Assembly: GCA_045658265.1 (NCBI GenBank)
Contig: JAZOUS010000023.1
Location: 2,266-66,265, forward strand
Direction of reading: 5' to 3'
DNA length: 64,000 nucleotides
From: Alistipes sp.
GTDB lineage: Bacteria; Bacteroidota; Bacteroidia; Bacteroidales; Rikenellaceae
A model generated the notes under the pieces. The model saw only the letters and a program-made list of their open reading frames with translations, was not told the origin of the DNA and did not search any database. The translations under genes were made by a program, and so were the position numbers. How positions within the stretch are numbered: position 1 is the stretch's first letter; the number at the start of each line of letters is the position of its first letter. Below are positions 39,532 through 50,392 of the stretch, piece after piece.

Positions 39532-40788
39532 ATGAAGCGACTCATTACACTTCTGCTGCTCGCGGTGGCCACCGTCGATGTGGCACTATGCCAGATTTCA
39601 TTGCAGACATATCGTGATAGTGTCTATAAAGCGAGCGTTGAGTTACGCAACGCTGAGCAAGGCATACTGAAAGCCGAGGCCACCGAGCGACTGCGCCGAA
39701 CGGCTATGTTGCCCTCGCTCTCTACAGATGGCTCATTCTCAAAGAGTTTTCGACAATCGGGCGACAACGAGTTGTGGGGCTTCTCTATCACTCCCCAGAT
39801 TACGCAAACGATTTATGGAGCGGGCGCGAGGGCTGCCCATCGTCAGGCCCGCAGTCTGTTGTGCTCGGCCCTGTATGACAACGACGATGTGCTGCTCTCG
39901 ATGCGCTATGCGGCCGATTTTGCCTATTGGAATCTGTCGGCAATGCAACTCTATATGGCCGCCTCGAATGAGTATGTGCGTATCATTAAGTCGCTATATG
40001 ATGTAGTGAAAGAGCGCTTTGCGGAGGGGTATGCCGCCAAGAGCGACATGTTGCAGGTGGAGGCCCGATTGCTCGATGCCGAGTATTCGCAGATAGCCGC
40101 CCGCAACAACTATCAGCAGGCCATCAACCGCTTCAACAATCTGCGTGGTGTGTTCGACTCCAGTATAACACGCATCGACCTGCGACAGTCGATAGTCGAT
40201 TCGATAGATATGCCTCGGCGAGTTACTGTCGAGACCATCTATGAGCGTCGTCCCGACATCCTCTCGGCTGAGTCGCGCCTGATAGCGGCCGAGTTTGGCA
40301 TAAGCCGCACGAAAGCTACATATAACCCCAAAATCAATGCGGGCATAAGCGGCTCGTGGCAGACCTTCTCGCCCAACGCGTCGGGTAAAACATTCTTGGA
40401 TGCGGCCGTAAAAGTGGGCGTTAATATCCCCATCTTTCATTGGAACGAGCGACGCTATGCCGTAAGCAGTGCTGTGAGTGATGCGGAGGTGGCCTCCAAT
40501 AATCTGCAACAGTTGCAGGAGGATGTGGTGATGGAGGAGGCCGATGCGTGGAGTGCACTTATGAGTAGCTATTCGCAGATGCAGTCGTCGCTGCACAACC
40601 TCTCCATTGCGGGCGAAAACCTTTCGATTAGCACCTTCTCCTATAACGAGGGGCAGGCCACCGTACTCGATGTTTTGCAGGCGCAGATGAGTTGGATTCA
40701 AATCTACACCAACGCCATCACAGCACGCTTTAATTACGCTATAGCAGTCTCTGAGTATCAGTTGATTTCGGGTGCTGAGGTGGAGTGA
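39532..40788 (+). CDS. TolC-family outer-membrane efflux protein
   Basis: Signal peptide from ATG 39532 (MKRLITLL), RRPDI, YNEGQATVLDVLQAQ. Confidence 0.9.
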   Translation: MKRLITLLLLAVATVDVALCQISLQTYRDSVYKASVELRNAEQGILKAEATERLRRTAMLPSLSTDGSFSKSFRQSGDNELWGFSITPQITQTIYGAGARAAHRQARSLLCSALYDNDDVLLSMRYAADFAYWNLSAMQLYMAASNEYVRIIKSLYDVVKERFAEGYAAKSDMLQVEARLLDAEYSQIAARNNYQQAINRFNNLRGVFDSSITRIDLRQSIVDSIDMPRRVTVETIYERRPDILSAESRLIAAEFGISRTKATYNPKINAGISGSWQTFSPNASGKTFLDAAVKVGVNIPIFHWNERRYAVSSAVSDAEVASNNLQQLQEDVVMEEADAWSALMSSYSQMQSSLHNLSIAGENLSISTFSYNEGQATVLDVLQAQMSWIQIYTNAITARFNYAIAVSEYQLISGAEVE

Positions 40789-40902
40789 TGGTTGAGATAG
40801 AAGCGGGCCGAAGACTCAATTCAGCCTCTAATATTTTGTAAATTCGGGGAGTATCGTTAACTTTGTGGTATAACCGTTTAACCACTAACAACTATACCCC
40901 TT

Positions 40903-42258
40903 ATGAAGAAGAGATTGCTTTCGATTTTAGCATTGGCCTTTGCGGTTTGCTCAGCCGAGGCTGCCGACTTTAATATTGTGAAATATGGCGCTGTGAGCGA
41001 CACCACACGCCTTAGTACCAAAGCCCTCCAGCGAGCCATTGATGCCTGCTCGGCGGCAGGTGGCGGCCGAGTGGTTGTGCCTACAGGAAGCTACAAGATT
41101 GGCTCAGTCTTCCTGAAAAGCAATGTTCATCTCTATCTTGAGCAGGGTGCAACGCTCTATGGCAGTACCAACATCAACGACTATCAGCCCGTTGGTACCG
41201 ACTATGTGTCGCTGCGTACCCAGCAGCAGACCGTTCAGCTTATCTTTGCCGATAAGGTGAGCAATGTCTCTATCGACGGTTATGGTACAATCGACGGTCG
41301 AGGCAGCACGTTCAAGAAACTTGCCCCCACCGATGAGGGCATCACCCGTCCCCACCTGCTGAGATTTATCCAGAGTCAGGATATCACAATACGCAATATC
41401 ACGTTGCGCAATTCTGGTTGCTGGATGCAGCACTTTTTGGCTTGCGATAGGGTGAAGATTGATGGTGTTACGATTTTCAACCGCAACAACTACAATAACG
41501 ATGCTCTCGATTTGGATGGTTGTCACAATGTGGTTGTTACCAATCTTATCTCCGATTCCGACGACGATGGCATCACACTGAAGAGCACCTCGCCCCGTCT
41601 GTGCGAGAATATCACCATATCGAATTGTGTGGTCTCAACATTTTGCAACGCCATCAAACTCGGCACCGAGACCAATGGCGGTTTCCGCAATATCAATATC
41701 TCAAATATCATTATCAAACCAAGCGACGACGATAGCAAGAAGTTCTTCGGGCGCATTGGCGGCATCTCGGCTATCTCGCTCGAGATGGTCGATGGCGGCG
41801 TGTTGGAGAATGTGAACGTAAGTAATATCGTTGTCGAGGGTACCGCTTCGCCAATCTTTATCCGCTTGGGCAATCGTGCCCGAGGCTATAAGGAGGGTAT
41901 GACGGTGGAGAATGTGGGAAGAATTAGCGGTGTACGCATCAGCAATGTGCAGGTGCATAATGCCGATTCGTTTGGCTGCTCAATTACAGGCTTGCCTGGC
42001 TATCCCGTAGAGAATATTTCGCTTGACAACATAACTATTCATCACAAGGGTGGCGTTAAGGCCGATGCAATTCCCGCAATCAAGCAGCGAGTGGCCGATG
42101 AGCGCGAGAAATCGTATCCCGAAGCCACTATGTGGGGTACGCTCCCTGCTAAGGGATTTTTCGTGCGCCACGCCCGCAATGTGAAGTTCTCAAATATCGA
42201 AATCAGGACAGAGGAGCCTGACGGGAGAAACGAATTTGTGCTCATTGACGTAGAGTAA
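40903..42258 (+). CDS. GH28 family glycoside hydrolase (polygalacturonase-like)
   Basis: ALQRAIDACSAAGGG, NNDALD, DDDGITLKS, KLGTE, beta-helix repeats. Confidence 0.9.
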   Translation: MKKRLLSILALAFAVCSAEAADFNIVKYGAVSDTTRLSTKALQRAIDACSAAGGGRVVVPTGSYKIGSVFLKSNVHLYLEQGATLYGSTNINDYQPVGTDYVSLRTQQQTVQLIFADKVSNVSIDGYGTIDGRGSTFKKLAPTDEGITRPHLLRFIQSQDITIRNITLRNSGCWMQHFLACDRVKIDGVTIFNRNNYNNDALDLDGCHNVVVTNLISDSDDDGITLKSTSPRLCENITISNCVVSTFCNAIKLGTETNGGFRNINISNIIIKPSDDDSKKFFGRIGGISAISLEMVDGGVLENVNVSNIVVEGTASPIFIRLGNRARGYKEGMTVENVGRISGVRISNVQVHNADSFGCSITGLPGYPVENISLDNITIHHKGGVKADAIPAIKQRVADEREKSYPEATMWGTLPAKGFFVRHARNVKFSNIEIRTEEPDGRNEFVLIDVE

Positions 42259-42279
42259 TCAAACTCAGATAGTAAAATT

Positions 42280-42309
42280 GAGGCTGCTAACATTAAAGTT
42301 GGCAGCCTC
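42280..42309. terminator. Bidirectional terminator
   Basis: gaggctgctaac...gttggcagcctc between convergent genes. Confidence 0.65.
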
Positions 42310-42323
42310 GGTTGTATGATGCG

Positions 42324-42734
42324 CTAAACGTTTACCGTCTCCGAACTCACGATTGCAATGTCGTGTGAGACGGGTGCTATCTTTTTTAGCATCGCCACCA
42401 CACCGCACTTGCTCTGCTGTGCCTGGTGGATTGCGTTGCTCACGCTATCCTGGTTTGAGAGGCTCTTGCATTCAACATTGTAGGCTACGCTGAAACTTGT
42501 GTATCGGCTCTCGGCCATAAGGGTAGGGGTGTCGAGTGTGCCCTCCACTGTAATCTCAAATCTTTTTGGGGTGATTTCCTCTTTTCTCAGCATCCCCATA
42601 ACGGTCAATCCTGCGCACTCGGCAGCGGCATAGAGGATTAGTGATTTGGGGTTTAAGTCGTCGGTCTTTTGGCCGCCTGTCAATCGGAATTTGCCGTTTT
42701 TTAGCTCAACGCTAACTCTTTGTGTGTTACTCAT
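42324..42734 (-). CDS. OsmC family protein
   Basis: PKSLILYAAAECAG ... KCGVVAML two-Cys pattern. Confidence 0.8.
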   Translation of the reverse strand: MSNTQRVSVELKNGKFRLTGGQKTDDLNPKSLILYAAAECAGLTVMGMLRKEEITPKRFEITVEGTLDTPTLMAESRYTSFSVAYNVECKSLSNQDSVSNAIHQAQQSKCGVVAMLKKIAPVSHDIAIVSSETVNV

Positions 42735-42887
42735 AAGATGTAATTTTTTTAGTGAAATATAACTTCATAGGTTGCTCGCGGGCAACTTATGCTAAATTTG
42801 TGCAATAATGTGCCGACAATAATCGTTCCTTTGTTGACCGTTTGCATCAAAATAGTTATCTTTGCTCCTTGTATAAAAGTGTAAATT

Positions 42888-45875
42888 ATGCGTAGAAAAT
42901 TATTCATATTGGCCGCCCTGCTTGTGTGTGGTGGTGTGTGGCAGGCCAGCGCCCAGAGCATTAGCTCCAACGAGGCTCTGAAGAGGGCCATTTCGCTCTA
43001 TAATTTCGACCATTGGACCGAGGCTCGCGCCGAACTGCTCTCACTCAGAGAGAGGCTCTCGTCGATTCGCAACAAGGCCGAGATTGAGCAGATTGACTAC
43101 TATCTTGCGCTGTGTGATTCTCAGCTCAAGATGAGCGATTCGGAGAGTCGTATGCGTCGCTTTTTGGCCGAGCATCACGGCTCGTCGTTTGCCAACGAGG
43201 TGCAGTTCGCTTTGGGAGCTCACTACTGTATGGAGGGCGACACTCTCAATGCTAAGGCCGAATTGCAGAAGGTCTATTACGACCGTTTGGATGCCCAGAA
43301 CAAGGAGCGATATGACCTTCGTATGGGTTATATGGCCTTCACCGATGGCAACTATGACGATGCCAACCACTACTTCAGTCGCATAGCACCAGGCAGCGAG
43401 TATGGCGACCACGCCCTCTACTATAAGTCATATATGTCATACGCTGCGGGTGATTTGCAAAGCGCACGCAATGGTTTTACAGCCCTCAGCAATAGTGCCC
43501 AGTATAAGGATTTGATGCCTTTCTACCTGATGCAGCTCGATTTCAAGGGTGGCAACTATCAGGCGGTGGTCGATAAGGGCGATGCACTTATCACCAGCAC
43601 AACCGACGAACAGGCCAAGCAGATTAGCCGTATGATGTCGGAGTCGTGGTTCCAGCTCGGTAACTTCGCCAATGCCATCAAGTATATGACATCCTATAAG
43701 TCGGCTGGCGGCCAGATGGGGCGTGTCGAGAACTACATTATGGGTTACTCACTCTATCGCCAGACTCTCTTTGCCGAGGCCGACGACTATCTGCGTGAGG
43801 CTTGCGGTGCAGATGATATGCTCACACAGAACGCCTCATATCACTTGGCCGATTGCTACTTGCGTGATGGCGACAAAACAAATGCAGCCCACTCGTTTGC
43901 AATGGCTTCGTCGGCTTCGTTCGATAAGGATATTGCCGAGGATGCTCTGTTCAACTACGGAAAATTGCAGTATGAATTGGGTGGTGGTGTATTTAACGAG
44001 GCGATAAACGTGCTCACACGCTACATCGAGCAGTATCCCTCATCACCTCGCTCAAACGAGGCTCATCAGCTTTTGATTGCGGCCTACTATAACTCGCACA
44101 ACTACTCTGCGGCTTATGATGCTATCAAGAGCCTGCCTAATCCCGATAACGAGGCTCTGCTTGCATTGCAAAAGATAGCATATTTCAATGGCCTTGACTA
44201 CTACTCGCAGGGCGAGTTGGAGGATGCCGAGGCTTCGCTTACCGAGTCAACAAAGGTGGGCTCAAATGCCAAGTATAGCGCACTTGCCTCATTCTGGCTG
44301 GGTGAGATTGCCTATTCGAAGGGTGATAGTGGTGTGGCTTTGCAGCGTTACCGCAGTTTCCTGGGACGTGCCCCTAAGGCAAGCAAAGAGTATGCTTTGG
44401 CGCAGTATAATATGGGCTACTGCCACTTCAATAAAGAGGAGATTGAGGCTGCTGGTACGGCATTCGATAAGTTCCTCGCTGTCTATCCCACCCGCGACAG
44501 CTACCGCGCCGATGCGCTCAACCGTCGTGGCGATACACACTATGCAGCCCGTCGCTTTGCCGATGCGGTGAAGTGCTATGAGCAGGCAGCCGAGCTGGGT
44601 ACAATCGAGCGCTACTATGCCGAGTATCAGCGTGCCATCACTCTGGGTGTGCAGAATAAGCGCACAGAGAAAATCAACCTCTTGCAGCGTATCGTGCGCA
44701 GCGACAGAGGCGATTATGTCGATGCAGCCACCTATGAGCTTGGTCACACATACATTGCCGATGAGCAGTACTCTGCGGGTGTGAAGATTCTTGAGCAGTT
44801 TATCGGCCAGTACCCTAATTCAAAGTATCACTCTCAGGCTTTGTCGGATTTGGGCCTTGCCTATATGAACTTGGGCCAGAGGGAGAAGGCGTTGTCGTAT
44901 TACGATATGGTTGTGAAGGCTGCACCTCAGTCGTCGCAGTCGAAGAGCGCTATGCAGGGCATCCGCGAGATCTACATCTCGAATGGTGATGCTGATGCCT
45001 ATTTCGACTATGCGCAGAAGTTGGGATTGGAGGGTAATATCAGCCAGATGGCTCGTGACTCAATGTCGTATGTGGCGGCACAGAAGCTCTATCTCGAGAA
45101 TAAGACTAAGGAGGCAGTAAATAGCTTCTCGAACTACTTGAACAACTATCCAAAGGGTTATTACCGCAACGATGCTCTCTTCTTCCTGAGTGACTGCTAC
45201 ATCCGCGAGGGACGTGATGATGATGCTATGAAGAGCCTTTCGGAACTTGCCGCCGAGGGCCACAACCAATACTCGGAGCGTGTGCTCGACAAGCTCTCTT
45301 CGATGTACTACAAGAAGGAGATGTTCGAACCAGCCGCTGCGGCCTATCGCTCGCTCTATGACGAGGCTTCGACATCATCTGCCAAGATTAACGCCGCTTC
45401 GGGCTATGTGGCCTCCACATTGAAGTATGCTGGCGACGAGGCTCTGGTGAAGATGGCCGACGATGTTGAGAAGATGGCTGAGGTGAACGATGTGACACGC
45501 CGCAAGTCGCAGTATGCTAAGGCGAGCGTACTCAGCCGTCAGGGCAAGGATAGCGATGCAATGGCAATCTACAAACGCCTGAGCTCAGAGGTGAAGAGTG
45601 CCGAGGGTGCCGAGGCTCGCTTCCGAGTAATCGAGGCCGAGTATAAGTCGAAGAATTACGACAAGGCCGAGAAGATGGTTTACGACTTCTCCGACAGCAA
45701 GACTCCGCAGAACTACTGGCTTGCCAAAGCCTTCATTCTGTTGGGTGATATCTATATGGCTCGTGGAGATGGCTTCCAGGCTCGTGCAACCTACCAGAGC
45801 GTTGTCGATGGTTACTCGCCAGCCGATGATGGCATTGTGGACGAGGCAAAGGGTAAAATCGCTAAAATGAATTAG
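42888..45875 (+). CDS. Secreted tetratricopeptide repeat protein
   Basis: Signal peptide and many TPR/BamD-like repeats; C-terminal YWLAKAFILLGD..FQARATYQS typical of Bacteroidetes. Confidence 0.88.
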   Translation: MRRKLFILAALLVCGGVWQASAQSISSNEALKRAISLYNFDHWTEARAELLSLRERLSSIRNKAEIEQIDYYLALCDSQLKMSDSESRMRRFLAEHHGSSFANEVQFALGAHYCMEGDTLNAKAELQKVYYDRLDAQNKERYDLRMGYMAFTDGNYDDANHYFSRIAPGSEYGDHALYYKSYMSYAAGDLQSARNGFTALSNSAQYKDLMPFYLMQLDFKGGNYQAVVDKGDALITSTTDEQAKQISRMMSESWFQLGNFANAIKYMTSYKSAGGQMGRVENYIMGYSLYRQTLFAEADDYLREACGADDMLTQNASYHLADCYLRDGDKTNAAHSFAMASSASFDKDIAEDALFNYGKLQYELGGGVFNEAINVLTRYIEQYPSSPRSNEAHQLLIAAYYNSHNYSAAYDAIKSLPNPDNEALLALQKIAYFNGLDYYSQGELEDAEASLTESTKVGSNAKYSALASFWLGEIAYSKGDSGVALQRYRSFLGRAPKASKEYALAQYNMGYCHFNKEEIEAAGTAFDKFLAVYPTRDSYRADALNRRGDTHYAARRFADAVKCYEQAAELGTIERYYAEYQRAITLGVQNKRTEKINLLQRIVRSDRGDYVDAATYELGHTYIADEQYSAGVKILEQFIGQYPNSKYHSQALSDLGLAYMNLGQREKALSYYDMVVKAAPQSSQSKSAMQGIREIYISNGDADAYFDYAQKLGLEGNISQMARDSMSYVAAQKLYLENKTKEAVNSFSNYLNNYPKGYYRNDALFFLSDCYIREGRDDDAMKSLSELAAEGHNQYSERVLDKLSSMYYKKEMFEPAAAAYRSLYDEASTSSAKINAASGYVASTLKYAGDEALVKMADDVEKMAEVNDVTRRKSQYAKASVLSRQGKDSDAMAIYKRLSSEVKSAEGAEARFRVIEAEYKSKNYDKAEKMVYDFSDSKTPQNYWLAKAFILLGDIYMARGDGFQARATYQSVVDGYSPADDGIVDEAKGKIAKMN

Positions 45876-45878
45876 TCT

Positions 45879-47528
45879 ATGAGAAAGTTAGCATATATTA
45901 TTGTCTTGATGTTGGCCCTGCCAGCCGTTGCTTCGGCTCAGGTTGCCAAGCAGGTGGAGGTGTCGAAGGATTATACCCCCACACTCAATTCGGCTCAGAA
46001 GTTGTCGATAGCCCCCGATATGACCGATACGGTGAAGATGCGTCCCGATATCGACTACACCATCACCCCTCGCTCATACGAGACCTCGCTTTTGACGCAG
46101 AACTTCAAGCCTGCGACAATCACATATTGGGATTTCAAGCGCTCGCGGCCATTCTATGCAAAGGCAGCATTCGGTATGCCCCTTACATCGGAGGCCGATG
46201 CCTATGTCTCTACATTCAACAAAGATAAGGGCTATGCTATGGCCTACCTTAACCACTGGGGCGACTACCGCAAGCGCCCAATGCTTGATGGGGAGTTGCG
46301 CGAGGATGGTCGTGCCGAGATGAGCAACCGTCTGGGTGGTCGTGCGGGATTGTTCGCTGGCCCACGCAGTTTGGATTTTGATATCTATGTTGATGAGCAG
46401 ATGCGCCATCGCTATCCTACAACGGGCGAACTTATCCACTTCGGCAAGGCCGATGCCAAGCTCCGCTTCGGTGACGATTTCACCGATTTGAGCCGCTGGA
46501 ACTTTAATATCGAGGTTGAGGGCGGTATGTTCACCGACCTCTACCATAAGGAGAATAGCAAGGGCTTCTCTCAGTCTGATTTGTCGGCTCAGATTGCAGT
46601 TGGCAAGATGGTGGGACAACACGTTCTGCGTATCCACGTCGGCTATGAGGGAGTTTTTGGCGCGAAGGAGTTGGGCGACTATAAGAATAATGGCCTGATG
46701 GCTGGTGCACGATATGGTGTTTCGGGTAAGCGTTTTGAGTTCCTGCTCGGAGCCGATTATCACTACGACAATGTGATAAACAACACCGAGTCACCTCACT
46801 ATGTCTTCCCATACCTGAGAATGACCTGGAAGAACTCGTCGAAGGGATTTGTACCTTTTGTAGAGGTGGATGGCGAGCTTAAGCGTAACAACTTTGGGGC
46901 TTTGATGTACGAAAATCCATTCTTTACACCCGTTGTCACCACAGGTGAGGAGCTCTCGAAACTCCCTAACGAGGCTGTGTATAATGGTCGCATTGGTTTT
47001 GGCGGCAGCTTGGGTAAAAATGTCTTTGCATATAGTCTCTCGGCTGAGTTGTCACTCTCAAACGACCACATCTATTGGTATAGCAGTGGTGCCGACTACT
47101 ATTTCGCTGCGGCCTATCAGCACAGCCTCCGCATCGAGGGGCAGATGAAGTTGCGCCCTGCGGGATGGTTCGAGGCTGAGGCCAATGTGGGAATCTATGC
47201 GTGGGAAAATTACGATTCATTCTATAGCAACCGTCCTAATTTCGACTTTGGCTTGGATCTCCGCTATACTGGTCGCAAGGTTACGGCTGGTGTAAATCTC
47301 GGCTATGTGAGCAGTATCAAGTGGCTCACTATGGGTGCCGACTCGCAGATGACCTACACACAGACCGATGGTACCTTTACACTCGGACTGGAGGCAGAGT
47401 GGCGCATCAACGAGCGTTGGGCTGCGTTTGTCGAAGGTCGCAATCTCACAGGTAGCAGAATCTATGAGTGGCTCAACTACTACACCGATTCAGCGCAGGG
47501 CTTGGTAGGATTTAAGTTTACGTTCTAA
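45879..47528 (+). CDS. Outer-membrane beta-barrel (TonB-dependent receptor-like) partner of the TPR protein
   Basis: VEVSKDYTPTL N-terminus, NL..Y C-terminal region, terminal Phe. Confidence 0.75.
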   Translation: MRKLAYIIVLMLALPAVASAQVAKQVEVSKDYTPTLNSAQKLSIAPDMTDTVKMRPDIDYTITPRSYETSLLTQNFKPATITYWDFKRSRPFYAKAAFGMPLTSEADAYVSTFNKDKGYAMAYLNHWGDYRKRPMLDGELREDGRAEMSNRLGGRAGLFAGPRSLDFDIYVDEQMRHRYPTTGELIHFGKADAKLRFGDDFTDLSRWNFNIEVEGGMFTDLYHKENSKGFSQSDLSAQIAVGKMVGQHVLRIHVGYEGVFGAKELGDYKNNGLMAGARYGVSGKRFEFLLGADYHYDNVINNTESPHYVFPYLRMTWKNSSKGFVPFVEVDGELKRNNFGALMYENPFFTPVVTTGEELSKLPNEAVYNGRIGFGGSLGKNVFAYSLSAELSLSNDHIYWYSSGADYYFAAAYQHSLRIEGQMKLRPAGWFEAEANVGIYAWENYDSFYSNRPNFDFGLDLRYTGRKVTAGVNLGYVSSIKWLTMGADSQMTYTQTDGTFTLGLEAEWRINERWAAFVEGRNLTGSRIYEWLNYYTDSAQGLVGFKFTF

Positions 47529-47538
47529 TAGTAAAGCG

Positions 47539-47577
47539 TAATAATGGCACAAACCGCTAAAGTTTGTGCCATTATTA
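47539..47577. terminator. Bidirectional terminator
   Basis: taataatggcacaaac...gtttgtgccattatta. Confidence 0.7.
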
Positions 47578-47580
47578 TTT

Positions 47581-49884
47581 TTACTGCAATCTGTCGCTCA
47601 TAGAAGGAGGGCGATTCTCTTTTGCGCTTCCCCACGCTTTGTTGGGCTTATCTCCCATCTCGAAGCAGAGAGTGGCGTTGCCACTGAAAATCTCGTCGTG
47701 CATAAGATAACTCTTGTGATATGGCTTGCCGTTGAGCGTCACCGACTGCACATAACAATTCTCGCGTGAGGCATTGGGTGCCGAAATCTTCAACACACCC
47801 TTTTTGTGCCTAAGCTCCACATCCTTGAATATGGGCGTGCCTATGCAATAGACACCCTCGCCGTGAGTCATAGGGTAGAAGCCCATAGCACTCATCACAT
47901 ACCACGCCGAAATCTGCCCGCAGTCGTCATTACCACACATCCCGTAGTGGTTGGTGTTGTAGAGCGTGTAGAGTATGTCGCTTATGCGTTTTTGCGCTCT
48001 CCAGGGCTGGCCTACATAGTTATATAAGTAGAGCGTATGGTGACCAGGTTCGTTGCCGTGAGCATATTGACCTATGCGTCCCGTGATGTCGGGTGCAGGG
48101 TTGGGGCCGTGTAGCTCCGAGCTGACGGTAAACAGCGAGTCGAGCTTCTCGACAAAGGCCTCCTCACCACCATAAAGCTCGGCAAGTCCCGCCACATCGT
48201 GTGGCACAAAGAAGCTCCACTGCCACGCCGTTCCCTCGCAGAAGTCATCGTCGGGCTGGTAGTGGTTCGAGTAGAATGGATCAAACGGTGTGCGCCAGCT
48301 ACCGTCGGAGTTGCGACCTCGCATAAAACGAGTTTCGGTATCGAAGAGATTTTTGTATCGCATCGCCCGCTCGATGTAGGTGGCGTAATCATCATCGTGG
48401 CCAAGCATACGGGCCATCTGGGCTATACACCAGTCGGCGTAGCAATATTCGAGCGTCTTTGATACCGATGTTATCTCTTTGTCGCAGGGCACATAGCCAT
48501 ATTGGTTGTAGTATCTCGCTCCACGAAAATCGCGCAGGAAGTATCCGAATGTATCTCGGTTGGCCGATGCTTTCATCGCCTCGAACAGAGCCTCGGCATC
48601 GAAGCCGCGAATCCCCTTTGAGTAGATGTCGGCAATTACAGGCATCGAGTTGTAGCCAATCATACACATCGTCTCGACACCTGCCAGCAACCATATCGGC
48701 AACTGCCCGCAGTGGCGGTAGTGTTCAAGCATAGTGTTGGCAAGGTCGCTCATCATCTCGGGGTGGAGTATGTTCATCAACGGTATCTGTGTGCGGAATG
48801 TATCCCAGGGGCTGAAAACACCTCCATAGTAGTTGAACTTGCCACGATAGACCTTCGAGTCGGAACTGCGATAGTCGCCCATTATGTCGGAGTAGAGTTG
48901 CGGATAGAGGTGCGCAAAATATAGACAGGTGTAGAATACCTCCTTTTGCGGTGTGGTGGCATCGGCAATCTTGATGGCCGAGAGGGTTTTGTTCCACTCG
49001 TTGCGTGTTGCGGCGCGTATGCGGTCGAAGTCGAAGGTCTTGATTTCAGCCTTCAGGTTGCGCCTTGCACCCTCCATACTCACGGGCGATATTCCCACGC
49101 GAGCCACAATCTTGCCCTCACCCTCACCAAACGACAACAAGGCTCGGATGTCACACCCTTCGGCCGATTTTGCACCAGGTTGATGCGTGCGATTGTGATA
49201 TATCTTATACGACTTGATTGGCTCGGATAGCTCGGCATAGAAGTAAACGTGCTGCTCGGGTGCCCAACCATTCGATATGCGGTAGCCACGAATCGTGCGG
49301 TCGTTCACTACCTCTATGTATGAGAGCCTAACTGTGTCGAAATCCTCTTCGGGGATGATGGTGCAAGAGTGTTCGCAACCGTGCTTCAGGTCGATAAGCA
49401 GCTCTCGGCGTACGCCGATGGGGTAGTTGTAACGATGCAAGCCACAGCGCTTTGTGGCGGTTAATTCAACCTCAATATCACTGTCGAGCAGCGTCACGTT
49501 GTAATATGCTGGCTCAACTCTCTCTTTGTCGTGCGAGAAGCGGCTCGACACCCTTTGAGGGCATTGCCCGCTCTCTGTCCACTCGGTGTTGGCCAGCGGA
49601 AAAAACATAATATCTTTGAAGTCGGTGCCGCCCACACCCGACTTGTGGGTGTGACTGAAACCATAGATGTAGCTGTGGTGATATATGTAACCCGCCCCCG
49701 AAAAGAATGTGTCGGGGCAAAGCTCCACCATACCGAATGGCGCGGCGGCAACAGGCGCAACATTGCCATTATTAGAGGTGCCCATCATTGGCCGCACCAA
49801 ATCCACTGGCTCGGTCTGCGTGGCCAGCAGTGGGGTAGTAGCCACAACCAAAAACATCAGTATAACCCAGTTCCGAAGTCTCAT
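47581..49884 (-). CDS. GH92 alpha-mannosidase
   Basis: PFGMVEL, GFSHTH, WDTFR, EGTAWQW, YAHGNEPGHH, GNDDCGQISAWY. Confidence 0.92.
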   Translation of the reverse strand: MRLRNWVILMFLVVATTPLLATQTEPVDLVRPMMGTSNNGNVAPVAAAPFGMVELCPDTFFSGAGYIYHHSYIYGFSHTHKSGVGGTDFKDIMFFPLANTEWTESGQCPQRVSSRFSHDKERVEPAYYNVTLLDSDIEVELTATKRCGLHRYNYPIGVRRELLIDLKHGCEHSCTIIPEEDFDTVRLSYIEVVNDRTIRGYRISNGWAPEQHVYFYAELSEPIKSYKIYHNRTHQPGAKSAEGCDIRALLSFGEGEGKIVARVGISPVSMEGARRNLKAEIKTFDFDRIRAATRNEWNKTLSAIKIADATTPQKEVFYTCLYFAHLYPQLYSDIMGDYRSSDSKVYRGKFNYYGGVFSPWDTFRTQIPLMNILHPEMMSDLANTMLEHYRHCGQLPIWLLAGVETMCMIGYNSMPVIADIYSKGIRGFDAEALFEAMKASANRDTFGYFLRDFRGARYYNQYGYVPCDKEITSVSKTLEYCYADWCIAQMARMLGHDDDYATYIERAMRYKNLFDTETRFMRGRNSDGSWRTPFDPFYSNHYQPDDDFCEGTAWQWSFFVPHDVAGLAELYGGEEAFVEKLDSLFTVSSELHGPNPAPDITGRIGQYAHGNEPGHHTLYLYNYVGQPWRAQKRISDILYTLYNTNHYGMCGNDDCGQISAWYVMSAMGFYPMTHGEGVYCIGTPIFKDVELRHKKGVLKISAPNASRENCYVQSVTLNGKPYHKSYLMHDEIFSGNATLCFEMGDKPNKAWGSAKENRPPSMSDRLQ

Positions 49885-50023
49885 ATCAAAGGCGATTTAT
49901 TAGCAGTAATACAAATATAACGATTACCCGCCAATATTTGCCAGTATTTCCGTGAAAACTGTGCGAAAGAAACGATGAAAATGTGATTGAGTTTGTTATC
50001 TTTTTTGTAGAGTCGTTGGAAAG

Positions 50024-50061
50024 CCCCGCCCTTTGTCAAAGGGAGGGGACAGAGGGGAGGG
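50024..50061. repeat. REP-like GC-rich palindrome
   Basis: cccc-g-ccctttg-t-caaaggg-a-gggg hairpin followed by acagaggggaggg; single copy in the window. Confidence 0.35.
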
Positions 50062-50162
50062 AATGTAAATATAGTTGAGGACTCGAAGCGAAGCTCGCGC
50101 GGATACCTTTATCTCGCGAAGTAATCAACGAAAAAAGAGGAAACCCTTTTGGATTTCCTCTA

Positions 50163-50238
50163 TGGTAGCGGGGGGAGGACTCGAACCTCCGACCTCCGGG
50201 TTATGAGCCCGACGAGCTGCCAACTGCTCTACCCCGCG
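50163..50238 (-). tRNA. tRNA-fMet (CAT), initiator
   Basis: CGCGGGGTAGAGCAGTTGGCAGCTCGTCGGGCTCATAACCCGGAGGTCGGAGGTTCGAGTCCTCCCCCCGCTACCA: cloverleaf, CAT anticodon, C1:U72 mismatch, three G-C pairs in the anticodon stem, encoded CCA. Confidence 0.96.
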
Positions 50239-50392
50239 ATGTATCGTTATATGGGTTAAACCCGATATCTCTCATTTCGTGGTGCAAAGATAGGTAAAAA
50301 TTTGATATATGCAAAACATTTCGGCTTTTTTATTGCAGTTTGTCGCTTTTACTCTTGTTTTCACCTTCGCTTTTGCCTTCTGAGTATAGGCC

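Noticed and set aside
50163-50238. tRNA as the integration site of the hdr cluster or the island
   Set aside because: No duplicated tRNA 3' end, integrase or compositional shift was seen around it.
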